Source: Octopus vulgaris | Lineage: Eukaryota | Direction of reading: 5' to 3' | Length of the DNA stretch: 64,000 nt | Assembly (NCBI GenBank): GCA_951406725.2 | Contig: OX597826.1 | Span: 71,114,001-71,178,000, forward strand | Shown here: piece after piece, positions 1-12,221 of the stretch | How positions within the stretch are numbered: the first letter of the stretch is position 1 | Layout: each line of letters opens with the position of its first letter | Notes under the pieces: model-generated | Told to the model about the DNA's origin: nothing | Database searches by the model: none | What the model saw: the letters and a program-made list of their open reading frames with translations, nothing else | Program-made: the position numbers and the translations under genes

Positions 1-1013
1 TCATAGGACTATGCTCAAGGTGGCTTCGTCATTCATACGTGCCATTCTTGCTACATTCACCCATCTTTTTTAAAACATTCGCTAGACAAAACTTGCCTCT
101 CTACTCTCACTTTCCTTTTCAAGTGGTACTTGAAGAAGTTGATGAGAGATTGACCAGAGAGGAAAGTGTTTGTCTCCAATCCTTTCAGACGCGTCCACCA
201 GATACATTCTTTCACCATAGCCACAAGGATGATGAAAATAGCTCTTCCTTCCCGTTTGAAGGAAGGAGGCGTGACAATATTGACGATAGACTCAGCTGAT
301 AAACCGACTCGTCCCACACGTGACAGCAGTTGTTCGACATAAGCCCACAGGTCGGAAATTGTTGGACACTGAACGAGTGCGTGCAGAACGGTTTCGTCGC
401 TCTGACCGCATCTCGGGCAGGTCGGCCCCGTGTTTCTCGAGCCGTGTCTGTAGAGCTTATCCCGAACGGGTAGCGCTTCTCGGTAGCACTGCCAGGCCAG
501 GGATCTCTGGAAGTTGTCCATGGGCCCTGGCCCGAAAGTCGTCCTGAACAGGCGGGTCAGGTACTCCTCGTCGACGTCCAGGTTCGCCCCGAGCTCGTCG
601 TCGTACCTCCCCTCCACTAAACCCCTATAGAATGCTTTGGTTGTGTTGAAGTCACTTAAGGTCGACCCAGGACGGCAGAGTTGCTTGAGAGCAACGCGAC
701 ACTCGCGGTGCCATTCGCCCTTCCTCGGCCTCTTTTTGATCCACGACTGCAGTTCGGTCATGGAGACGAGCTGCGGGAAAGCGTGCCTCACAAACGGCGA
801 CCACACCTGTTCACCGTCGTCTACATAGAGCCAGAGATGCCGCAGTCTCAGCGCGTGTCTGCGCATCATCAACCACGGCATGCCCAGCCCTCCTTTTAAC
901 GGGTGTTGACAGCAAATGGATCGCCTGACCATCGGGACGCATCCTTTCCACAAGAAGCGAAAGAGGATGCGTTGTAGTTTGGTGATGGTAGGGTCGGGAC
1001 AAGGTACGACGGT
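1..1013 (-). mobile_element. 5'-truncated L1/Tx1-clade non-LTR retrotransposon, C-terminal ORF2 (zf-RVT region), frameshifted
   Basis: ORF 57..953 contains WQCYREALPVRDKL...CPRCGQSDETVLHALVQC, the CxxC-x8-H-x4-C zinc motif at the end of L1/Tx1 ORF2. GC-rich relative to flanks. The 5' truncation abuts (GATA)n at about 1014. Confidence 0.85.
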
Positions 1014-1030
1014 CAGATAGACAGATAGAC

Positions 1031-1117
<87 letters not shown>

Positions 1118-1118
1118 G

Positions 1119-1214
<96 letters not shown>

Positions 1215-1230
1215 TGATTGATTGATAGAT
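1014..1230. repeat. (GATA)n microsatellite
   Basis: Direct tandem GATA array. Confidence 0.95.
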
Positions 1231-1240
1231 TACTGTCTAC

Positions 1241-1401
1241 CTTTTCATCGAAAAAGTTGATGAATGACTCCACCTGGCGACACAAGTGATTACCAACATT
1301 AAAAGCAAAGTTTTGGTCAGCAGGACAGGTATGCGTTTCATCAAAACACCTATAAAAGTTGCAGTCACCTCTTGCCACAAGCATGGCACACCTTTCTGCC
1401 C
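1241..1401 (-). CDS. Internal coding exon, stanniocalcin-like Cys-rich domain: (R)AERCAMLVARGDCNFYRCFDETHTCPADQNFAFNVGNHLCRQVESFINFFDEK
   Basis: Acceptor tttctatcatttttattcaacAG before 1401; donor AAG|GTAGAC after 1241. The exon is 161 nt, phase 1 in and phase 0 out. Phase 1 matches the donor at 3819. C-x8-C-x4-C and C-x9-FD spacing resembles stanniocalcins. Confidence 0.8.
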
Positions 1402-1492
1402 CTGTTGAATAAAAATGATAGAAAAGTGTGAACATATCCAAGTTAAGTAACATGGTGTAGAGATTGGGTTTGTAATATATGGGTGCGTTTAA

Positions 1493-2072
1493 GGAGGCGA
1501 GCTGGCAAAATGCTTAGCGGTATTTCGTCTGCCGTTACGTTCTGAGTTCAAATTCCACCGAGGTCAACCTTGCCTTTCATCCTTTCGGGGTCGATAAATT
1601 AAGTACCAGTTACGCACTGGGGTCGATATAATTGACTTAATCCGTGTGTCTGTCCTTGTTCGTCCCCTTTGTGTTTAGCCCCTTGTGGGTAATAAAAAAA
1701 ATAGGTATTTCGTCTACCGCTACGTTCTGAGTTCAAATTCCGTCGAGGTCGACTTTGCCTTCCATCCTTTCGGGGTTGATTAAATAAGTACCAGTTACGC
1801 ACTGGGGTTGATATAATTGACTTAATCCGTGTGTCTGTCCTTGTTCGTCCCCTTTGTGTTTAGCCGCTTGTGGGTAATAAAGAAATAGGTATTTCGTCTA
1901 CCGCTACGTTCTGAGTTCAAATTCCGTCGAGGTCGACTTTGCCTTCCATCCTTTCGGGGTTGATTAAATAAGTACCAGTTACGCACTGGGGTCGATATAA
2001 TCGACTTAATCCCTATGTCTGTCCTTGTCTGTGCCCTCTATATTTAGCCCCTTGTGGGCAATAAAGAAAAAT
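1493..2072 (+). mobile_element. tRNA-derived SINE family A, head-to-tail trimer
   Basis: AGGCGAGCTGGC head, GAGTTCAAATTCC B-box, central GCCTTTCATCCTTTCGGGGTCGATAAA domain, AAAGAAATA tail. Units restart at GGTATTTCG at 1704 and 1888. Confidence 0.85.
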
Positions 2073-2446
2073 ATTGTGCATGTGTGTGTGTGTGTGTGTG
2101 TTAATTTATGCTCACTTATGTATGTGTTTGTGTGTGTGGTTTGTGCATGTCTGTATACCTGAGTGTATGCGCGCGCGTATGTGTGTGTACTTGTCTTTCT
2201 GTTTGTGCATGTTTCTCACCACTCAACAAGTGGTGATGGTTTGTTTATGTCCCCGTATGTAGGTATGTCTATATGTATCATCGTATGAAGGTTTGTAAGT
2301 AATTATGCCCATTCACGTATGTGTGTGTGTGTGTGTGTGAACGTCGTACTGCTGTATGCATGTATGTACAGGTAACTACCACTCGCTCGTATTAAGCATT
2401 TTGCCAGGTGTACTAAGGATTCTGCCAGCTCTCTGCCTTAATAATG

Positions 2447-2491
<45 letters not shown>

Positions 2492-2771
2492 CGAGACGAA
2501 TAGAAAACGAGTCAAACATATAAAGTAATGGCTGGTGTTTGGTTTGATTGCCCAAAACCCTCGATGACAATACTCCAACATAGCAGCAATTCAATGACTG
2601 AAACAAGAAGAAATAAAAGGAAAAGAAAAAGGAAAAGAATAAAAGAAAGTAAATGAAGTGAAATGAGATTCTGTGATGTTCATGCTTTTATCCCAAGATC
2701 AAACAACGTACGTATAAGGAAATAGCTAAAGCCGAAAATCGAAGCTAATACAAGGACACATCTCTCAAGAT

Positions 2772-3196
2772 TAGTGGTTCTCATCTGAAGTCCGTATGAC
2801 CCCTGGGGATCCATATAAAATTTGGGAGGGTTCCACGTAAGTAAAATAGTAAATTTGGGAGCTACAGTAATATATTCAGGTTCCATGAAAATATTTGTTT
2901 TAGAAATATTTATTGCAGGAAACAGCTCCGTTTTTTTTCTCTAATGTTTTACGCTCTTCAACCTATACAAGTGAATGTGTGACGAACTAAATAGATATTT
3001 TGAAAGAGGTATCTATAAAATTAGTTTATAATTAGGAGCAGGAGTGGCTGTGTAGTAAGTAGCTTGCTTACCAACCACATGGTTCCGGGTTTAGTCCCAC
3101 TGCGTGGCACCTTGGGCAAGTGTCTTCTACTATAGCCTCGGGCCGACCAAAGCCTTGTGAGTGGATTTGGTAGACGGAAACTGAAAGAGACCCGTC

Positions 3197-3287
<91 letters not shown>

Positions 3288-3593
3288 GTGTGAGTGTGTG
3301 TGTATGTTTGTGTGTCTGTGTTTGTCCCCACAACATCGCTTGACAACCGATGCTGGTGTGTTTACGTCTCTGTAACTTAGCGGTTCAGCAAAAGAGACCG
3401 ATAGAATAGGGACTTACAAAGAATAAGTCCTGGGATCGATTTGCTCGACCAAAGACGGTGCTCCAGCATGGCCGCTGTCAAATGACTGAAACAAATAAAA
3501 AAAAATAAACATCGAATGGCTATGGGGGTCCACCAGAATAAAATAGTAATCAAAGGGGTCCATAGATTTTTTTTTAATAGTTGAGAGCCCCTG
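2772..3593. mobile_element. Degenerate non-autonomous hAT (Charlie-like) element carrying a nested SINE
   Basis: Ends TAGTGGTTCTCA...TTGAGAGCCCCTG. The interior resembles the reverse complement of the TSD-flanked element at 37830-38541. Confidence 0.6.
3033..3500 (+). mobile_element. tRNA-derived SINE family D (CORE-like ACCTTGGGCAAGT) with internal (TA)n/(TG)n
   Basis: GGAGTGGCTGTGTAGTAAG head, conserved body, AAATGACTGAAACA tail. The same sequence recurs more than 10 times in the window. Confidence 0.85.
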
Positions 3594-3818
3594 GTCTAGA
3601 CCTACTCCATACAACAGGTGGGGGGCATTAAAATTGTTATTGATCAAAAACGAGATAAAAGATAGAAAATATAGATGGATATATTTGTTATAGATTTGTC
3701 AATGTACATGCGTGAGTGTGATAGAGAAAGAGAGCAAGAGAGGGGGAGAAAGAGGTGGAAGAGAGAGCGCAGAATTGTGTGTGTGTGTGTGTGTGTACAG
3801 CGCGCGCGTTTTACTTAC

Positions 3819-6263
3819 TTAGGTTCGATGTTCTTTGAGCTATCTTATTTCGAGCTGGTTGCCGGAAATTACGGGAAGAATCGTCAGTCGAGGGTCGAAT
3901 ATCTGACCTCTGTCTCTGTGTGAAGGGCTTTACTGTTGACAACATCGACTGCTGTACGCGTTCCTGCCACCAAGGAAACGGTCCATGGTTATTCCTATTG
4001 AATGAATGACTTGGATTTATTTTCAACCGAGGCCAAACTACCGGAGCTTTCCAATCGAATTCTTTGATTTGATTGCTGAAGCCACTTTTTAGTTTCGGTA
4101 GAGGAACTGTGATGCTTTCCGTTATTCTGCCTTGTTCAGGAATTTTCTCGTTCCAAAAACTATTTCTCGATGCCCTCAATTTAGTTTTAGTTTGAGGAGT
4201 TTGTTCTGGTCCTGTTCTGTGGTTGCTTCTTGAAGGTACAGAGTGTAGTTTGGTAAATATTTCAGCTCTGGATATTTTTCGTTCGGGTTCAGGGTTTGAT
4301 TGTTCTTGCTCAGATTCCGGAAAAGGATTTCTTCGTTCAGGCTCAGGGCGAAGATTTCTCTGCTTATTTTCAGGGATTGAATGTGGGGGCTCAGACTCAG
4401 AAAATGGATTCCTTTGTTTAATCTCAGCAAACGGATTCTTTCGTTCAGGCTCAGAATGCGGATTTCTTCTTTCAGGCTCAGAAAATGGATTCCTTTGCTC
4501 AGGCTCAGGACGAGAGTTCCTTCTTTCAGGCTCAGAATGCGGATTTCTTCTTTCAGGCTCAGGACGAGAGTTCCTTCTTTCAGGTTCAGAAAACGGATTT
4601 TTTCTTTCAGGCTCAGGACGAGAGTTCCTTCTTTCAGGTTCGGAAAATGGATTTTTTCTTTCAGGCTCAGGACGAGAGTTCCTTCTTTCAGGTTCGGAAA
4701 ATGGATTTTTTCTTTCAGGCTCAGGACGAGAGTTCCTTCTTTCAGGTTCGGAAAATGGATTTTTTCTTTCAGGCTCAGGACGAGAGTTCCTTCTTTCAGG
4801 TTCGGAAAATGGATTTTTTCTTTCAGGCTCAGGACGAGAGTTCCTTCTTTCAGGTTCAGAAAACGGATTTTTTCTTTCAGGCTCAGGACGAGAGTTCCTT
4901 CTTTCAGGTTCAGAAAACGGATTTTTTTTTCAGGCTCAGGACGAGAGTTCCTTCTTTCAGGTTCGGAAAATGGATTATTTTGTTCTGGCTCAGGACGAGA
5001 GTTCCTTCTTTCAGGCTCAGGATGTGAATTCTTTCGCTTAGGTTCAGAAAATGGATTCCTTTGCTCAGGCTCAGGATGGAGGTTCTTTCTTTCAGGTTCA
5101 GAAAATGGATTTTTTTGTTCGGGTTTAGAAAATGGATTTCTTTGCGCAGGCTCAGGACGAGAGTTCCTTCTTTCAGGTTCAGAAAATGGATTTTTTTGTT
5201 CAGGCTCAGGATGAGAGTTCCTTCTTTCAGGCTTAGGTTGTGAATTCTTTAGCCGAGGCTCAGAAAATGGATTTCTTCGCGGAGGCTCAGGACGCAAGAT
5301 CCTTCTTTCAGGCTCAGGATATGGATATCTTCGTTGAGGCTCGGAGTGTAGATTTTTTTGTTTTGTCTCATGATTTGCATATTTTTGCTGTAACTCTGGG
5401 ATTGCAATTTTTCCTTCAGGTTTCGTGTAAGGACTCCTTAGTTCTAATTTGGGATTTGCATTTCTTTGCTCAGCTGCAGGTTGTAACCTTCTTCGTTCAG
5501 GAGCTGAAGGCTCTGGTTCGGGCTCAGAGTACAAAGAAATCCTTATCGAATTCTCACTCAACCAACTGTTCTTTCGATTCCTTTTATCTACATCAGATAT
5601 TGGAAAAGTTCTTTGAATATTATCACCAGGAAATATTCCTGAAGGTTTTACATCAAGTACAACTTTTTCTCTTTCTGATTCTGTTCTTCCTGAATTTACT
5701 TTGTGATCTTTGTAAGGAATTAACCAGCCAGATTCTGAGAATCTTTGAATTGGATTAACACTTGGATAAATAATCCTTGTCCACGGTCTAACACTGATTC
5801 CGTTGATTTCACCGGCAGTAAATCTTCTATCTCTTTTAGACATCGCCGGATTTGCAGCAGACTTTATCCTTGGCTGTTGCGCACCACGTTTCACTCTGTT
5901 GCGTCTCAGAGACGTCCCGGCCTCTACAATACTGCGAAATGTTTCGATTGGAGGATCGGCGGGATAAACGATTCGCTTCGATTGAGTTTTTCGAAATCTA
6001 GAACTGACGTTTGGTGTGGCTGTCTCAACATCACTAATCAATATTTTTCGGAAAAAAATTTTCGCGTATTCTTTATCGCGGTTCGAGCTTTCGCTGCTGA
6101 GGTGATCAGACAATGCTGCAATTCCCATGGTATCTGTTGTATGGACATCAATAAATGCAGTCGGCAAAATATGTACGTGAGATTTGGTGGTTAACATGCC
6201 TGTAACAGATGTAATGCATGTAGCTGTGGTTAGAAACCATAACACCGAGAACGAAAGATCCAT
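3819..6263 (-). CDS. Large first coding exon of a secreted precursor: signal peptide, furin sites, ~40 PEPE/dibasic 9-aa repeats; 1-nt frameshift at 4922-4930
   Basis: ATG at 6263 gives MDLSFSVLWFLTTATCITSVTG (signal-like); RVKR and RDRR sites follow. Restoring the C missing from one repeat unit (T9 instead of T6CT3) joins ORF 4176..6281 to ORF 3811..4179 with no stops (checked codon by codon 4177-4440). Donor A|GTAAGT at 3819/3818, phase 1. Confidence 0.8.
4280..5480. repeat. Coding tandem repeat, 27-bp subunits with 54-bp higher-order unit (PEPERKNPFSEPERRNSR)
   Basis: CAGGACGAGAG recurs every 54 bp from about 4560 to 4991; units degenerate outward. Confidence 0.9.
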
Positions 6264-6613
6264 CCTTGCTCTCTTCAGCAAAACTGATTTAATTGTAAGT
6301 TACCTGTTCAGGTAAATGTAAAGATAGCTAACAGCGTCGATATTATGTTGGACAGTTTCGGTGGTAGGATGTAGCAGTGATGGCGGAAGTGGTGGTGGTG
6401 ATGGTATGGTGACAGTGGTGGTGGTGGTATGGTGACGGTGGTGCAGCAGCTAATAGTAGAAGTAGTAATAGTAGCAGTAGTAGCAGAAGCAGTGTTCGTG
6501 GTGGTAGATAAAGTAGACGTGGTGGAAGTGACGGTGGTATTAGAAGTAGTAATATTGGTAGTGGTGGTAGCATTGGTATTAGTGTTGGCGGAAGTGACGA
6601 TAATGGTGGGCAT

Positions 6614-6947
<334 letters not shown>

Positions 6948-7223
6948 AATTTTCAGGATATTTGACTAATTCGACATACGTGAGAGAATATGTATGTATC
7001 TACGAATGTATATTTGTATACGTATGGGAATGTTTATACTTAATTTGTGTATATCCGCGTGAAGGTATGTCTATATGTATCATCGTATGAAAGTTTGTAA
7101 GTAATTATGGTCATTCACGTATGTGAACGTCGTACTGCTGTGTGCATGTATGTACAGGTAACTACCACTCGCTCGTATTAAGCATTTTGCCAGGTGTACT
7201 AAGGATTCTGCCAGCTGTCTGCC

Positions 7224-7254
<31 letters not shown>

Positions 7255-7255
<1 letters not shown>

Positions 7256-7730
7256 TTCAAATTTTTTCCACAAGGGCAGCTTGGGGGAGGTGGGGATGAT
7301 TCGATTACATCGACCCCAGTATTCAAATGGTACTTTTTCAATCGACCCCCGAAAGGATGAAACGAAAAGTCGACCTCGAGTGTATTTGAACTCAGAACGT
7401 AGCGGCAGACGAAATACTGCTAAGTATTTCGCCCGGCGTGTTACCGATTCTGCAAGCTCACCGCTTCAATAATCTTTTCTACTCTAGGCACAAGGCCCGA
7501 ACTTTGTGGGGAGGGGGCTAGTATATTAGATCGACCCCAGTACGCAACTGGTACTTAATTCATCGATCCCGAAAAGATGAAAGGCAAAGTCAACCTCGAC
7601 GGAATTTCAACTCAGAACGTTTCTTATTTCTTTATTGCCCACAAGGGACTAAACATAGAAGGGACAAACAAGGACAGACAAAGGGATTAAGTCGATTACA
7701 TCGACCCCAGTGCGTAACTGGGGTCGATGT
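7255..7730 (-). mobile_element. Cluster of SINE family A/A' fragments
   Basis: Reverse-complement matches to the SINE A central domain and tail. Confidence 0.7.
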
Positions 7731-7959
7731 TGGTTGAAAGGAACTTTACAAAGACATGTTACATTTTGTGTAAGGGTTTACATATAATTGTGTGAGGAAT
7801 TACAAAAAGGAAAAGGGACTGCAAACTCATACATATATATGAATACATGGAAACTTATAGATATACGAATACAAGGGTGATATCGTCCTTCTGTTAAAGA
7901 AAACCCTATACATCCAAGATCAATAACTATCAAGGGCAAGTGTACTCTCCCAATAGTTA

Positions 7960-8215
7960 TTCTCCGACCTGCAGATGCATGTTGCGATTAGATTCATTCA
8001 CCTGAGCCCATGTTCACCACAATCACCAACTTTTTGATAAATTCACTGAAAGAGAGTATCTCACTCTTCACTTCCACTTTCCTTTCCAACTGAAACTAAG
8101 AACTTGATTAGGGCTAACAGAAGGGGAAAGTGCTTGTCCTCGATTCTTTCGGTCTCGTCCACCATACAACCTTTTTCGTCGTAGCCATCAGACACAGCAA
8201 AACTACCTAGTCTTG
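7960..8215 (-). mobile_element. Diverged L1/Tx1 ORF2 3' remnant
   Basis: Collinear similarity by eye to 15-250 (e.g. cactttcctttccaa, ggaaagtg, cgtccacca..., tagcca). Confidence 0.5.
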
Positions 8216-8563
8216 TTAAAGGGGCAGTGAAGCGATGTATACATTTTTTGTGATTAGTTAAGAGTAGATAAGGGCAATAAGAGTTTAAGGGTTTTCTTTA
8301 ACTTAAAATATTCAGCTGTATTGTGTTCAGAATAAACGTTGACACCCCCATTGCTTTCACACCACGTTAGACATCACCTCACACTTTAGGGATTCCACCA
8401 CGCATTCGCATATTCACGCTCTGCACCGCATCATTCTCACGTATCACTCATTACTTTTACGGCCATCATTCATTACTTTTTACGTGCCCTTTCCAATGAG
8501 AGAGCCTTTTCGTGGCCTCGACCTTTTCACACCTCCCAGTCGCAGAAAAGGGACACATTGTAA

Positions 8564-8783
8564 GTACATGGGGGTGCTGAAAAGTTCCTGGCTTTAAGGG
8601 TGTTGCGAAAGGCCTGGTTAACGGCCCAATCTTCCAAGTTCTTTTACAGGGCTTAGAAAAACTGAAGGACCCCTGCAATGAGTGTATAAATCTGAGAGGG
8701 AAATATATTGAATAAAATCATAATCAACTGATCCTCCTGTGTTTTCTTTTAACTAAAGCCAGGAACCTCTCAGCACTTCGTAA
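8564..8783. mobile_element. Tc1/mariner-type MITE
   Basis: TIRs GTGCTGAAAAGTTCCTGGCTTTA...TAAAGCCAGGAACCTCTCAGCAC with TA ends. Second copy at about 29201-29420. Confidence 0.65.
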
Positions 8784-9001
8784 TGTAGACTTGAGTTCTC
8801 TGCGTATAGGAACAAAGCGGGATTGTCACAGCTGGAATGTCATTGATCAAAGGTCTGCTCAATCGGGAACTGATCTGGGATTAAGCAATAATAATCTCGA
8901 TACTCCATAACACAGCCCCATTCAAACCCCCACATACGTAAACATACTTACCATTTTTCCTCACACACATCAACGCGACAGCAACCAAATCACCACCATC
9001 A

Positions 9002-9048
<47 letters not shown>

Positions 9049-9439
9049 CACACACGCGCACATGTATGCACACACACATACACACTGCCAAGTTAATTAA
9101 TTTTTCTCGCTTCCACCACCACTCGCTTCCACTACTACCACGTGTCCCAAAACGTATAGCTATGTCATGTCATTAAGATTTGATCGTGAAACTATTTCCT
9201 CCTCCCACCAACCAACATACCAACACACCACCACTAACCCCTGATACCACCACACCACCACCATCACCACCATCACCACTACCGACGCTACCGCCCCCAT
9301 AATCATTATCACTAGGATATATAACAATCAAAACCATCATCATCATCATCGTCATCACCAGTACCTTCCACCACCATTACCACCAGCAGCTGTTAAAAGG
9401 GATGGTCAGAAGTGGAATGCAGAGTTCAACTGGGGCTAA

Positions 9440-9867
9440 ACAATAGCAACCACCACTACACATACTACTATCCAAACCTCATCATCGCTACTACTACTAC
9501 TACTACTACTACTATTACTACTACTGCCACGGCGACAATCACTACCACCAGTACCTCTACTCTTACCACAACTATTATTACTACTATAACTATTACTAAT
9601 ACTGCCACGACGATGACCACCACCACCACCACTACCAGTACCTCTACTACTACTGCTATTACCGTCACACTACATCTACTACCACTCCTATCACCACCAC
9701 TATCATTACTACGACGATGACGACGACCACCACCATCACAACCACCAACACACCACAAATACCATTACTACTACTACTACTGCTACTACTATTACTACTA
9801 CTAATACTACTACTACTACTACTAACACGACGACAATCACCACCACCAGTACCTCTACTCCTACTTA

Positions 9868-9900
<33 letters not shown>

Positions 9901-10037
9901 AAACATCACTATCACTGTCACACTACATCTACTACCACTCCTATCACCACCACTATCATTACTACGACGATGACGACGACGACCACCATCACAACCACCA
10001 CCTCACCACTAATACCATCATTACTACTACTATTACA

Positions 10038-10074
<37 letters not shown>

Positions 10075-10075
10075 T
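9440..10075. repeat. Compound (CTA)/(CAC)/(GAC) low-complexity tract with ~85-bp internal duplication
   Basis: Trinucleotide arrays; 9660-9745 is repeated at about 9915-9995. Confidence 0.8.
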
Positions 10076-10667
10076 TTACTCGTATTATCTAATTGCCATC
10101 GACGGGATCAGGTGGTGATTCTTGATTACCTGATTGTCTCCGCAAACACGTATGTTTAATGTTTAAACAACTTAATAAATTCCCTTCCACTGATTGTATG
10201 TACATTTGCGGTGATTTGTGCTAAACCTATTAAGGGGCAACTCGGAAACTGGGTCACACATATGGTCAATGATTGAGCGGGTAAGGGACAAAAAAAAAAT
10301 AGTATTTGTTACATTATATTTCGTCATTTTCGTTTCATCCCGTACCATGTCACTAATATGGCGGCTAATTAAATGATAGACAGTTGTTTAACCTGTGGGT
10401 AAACCCCAGATCAAATCCCTGATTAGCCCTGATTAGTCTTTTATTTATTATTTTTTTTTTCATCTTTTAATTCTTTCGGTCGTGCCTTAAAGAATTTTTA
10501 GTCGAATGAATCGTCCCCAGTGCTTTTTTTCCTTTTCTTTTAAGCCTGATACTTATTCTATCGGTCTCTTTTGCCGAACTGCTAGATCACGGGGACGCAA
10601 ACACACCAACACCGGTTCTCAAGCAATGAAAGAGAACAAAAAACAGGCACAACCACCGCCCCCCCCC

Positions 10668-10699
<32 letters not shown>

Positions 10700-10705
<6 letters not shown>

Positions 10706-11089
10706 GAATCCGTTCTGTCTGTCTGTCTGTGTATCTTCTAGGATCTCGGGCATCATCCATCCGATTGCGCTCAAATTTGATATATAGATACCGACGGTAT
10801 CAGGGCGTGTATAAGTCTTGAAAAAATTACAAAAATCGATTCCAGGTGAGAATGCAATCAATAAAGCCGTGGGAACGTGCATTTGTACGCGCAATAAAAT
10901 CGTTTTTCTTTGGAATACAAAAAAGTCTATCTTTATTTCTTCTTTTGCTGGTGTCACAAATTTAGGTTAAATGAGTGTTTCTCAAAGGGGAGGCCTATGG
11001 GACGGTCGGACAAGTTGTTTTGAGAAAATTTGGTTTAAATGTTTGACAACTCAGCACCGTCCATTGGACGGCGGGGGAGCGTTTTGCTC

Positions 11090-11127
<38 letters not shown>

Positions 11128-12045
11128 ATAGAAATGGTAAGACAACAAAAGAATGAAAGAGACCTCGATATTATGTAAAAAGAGGAATTTATCTGTAAAA
11201 ATAATATGTGACAATTATTCGGTAGCCATGATAAAACTCCGCGTTTCGGATGTCGGGGTGGAAACCCACGCCGCCATCTCTTCAGTTATACGGCCATCAA
11301 AAAAATGCTATGAAAACGACTGTTAAACAATGGGAAATTACTGTGTGATTGACCGTTATAAAGACAAAAGAGCTATTAGAATGACCGCTAAGTAAGGGGA
11401 GGAAGTAAAGGTAAGGGAATAAAAATGTTCATAGTATTCGCGTAAGCGCGCATGTCCATACCTACTCATGCGCGCCCGCACACCCACATATCTATTATAT
11501 AAAATCCGTTCTATCTGTCTGTGTGTGTCTTCTAGGATCTCGAGCATCTTCCCTCTGATTGCGCTCAAATTTGATATCAGGGCGTGTATAAGTCTTGAAA
11601 AACTTACAAAAATCGTTTCCACATGAGAATGCGATCGATAAAGCCGTGGGAACGTGGATTTGTACGCGCAAGTACATCAGCTGTTGCGATCGATACAACG
11701 CGCACGCGATAAAAATGCACGTTGTTTTTGTACTGCCTAAAGGCACGTTTCTTTCCTGCCAAGCTTACTGTTTAAACCATGTTTGTGTTCTCCCAGTCAA
11801 CAGCCTTATCATTACTGGTACTTTAAACTCTTCGGTTGCATATTTGTGTGAATAAAATCGTTTTTCATTGGAATAGAAAAAAGTCTATCTTTATTTCTTC
11901 TTTTGCTGGTGTCTCAAATTTAGGTTAAATCAGTGTTTCTCAAAGGGGAAGCCTATGGGACGGTCGGACAAGTGGTCTTGAGAAAATTTGGTTTAAATGT
12001 TTGACAACTCAGCACTGTGCATTGGACGGGGGGGTAATTTGCTCG
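10700..12045 (+). mobile_element. Two related copies (~10700-11090, ~11495-12045) of a (GTCT)n-bearing Helentron/HINE-like non-autonomous element
   Basis: Near-identical blocks (aatccgttct..gtctgt..ctaggatctcg..gattgcgctcaaatttgatat...ttggacgg). Classification is inferred from the short GTCT array near one end. Confidence 0.5.
11105..11350 (-). mobile_element. Penelope-like terminal fragment with minimal hammerhead motif (11231-11289)
   Basis: Minus strand ataa-CTGAAGA-gatg...catcc-GAAAC-gcgga-GTT-ttat, embedded next to (TA)n. Confidence 0.45.
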
Positions 12046-12179
12046 TATGTATATATATGTGTGTGTGTGTATGTATGTATGTATGTATTTATGTATTTAT
12101 GTATGTATGTATAATATATTAAACCAATGTATCTCGGATAAAATATCCCTGTAAGAGGTTTCAATATTGTCATAGTGAT

Positions 12180-12221
<42 letters not shown>

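Noticed and set aside
4176-4920. LKEGTLVLSLKEK repeat C-terminus of the 701-aa ORF
   Set aside because: Out-of-frame product of the 1-nt deletion at 4922-4930.
4223-5243. Plus-strand ORFs (SGSGREFLL..., RLRTRVPSF..., QAQDESSFF...)
   Set aside because: Antisense shadows of the coding repeat. Only the minus frame has a signal peptide, unique flanks and splice sites.
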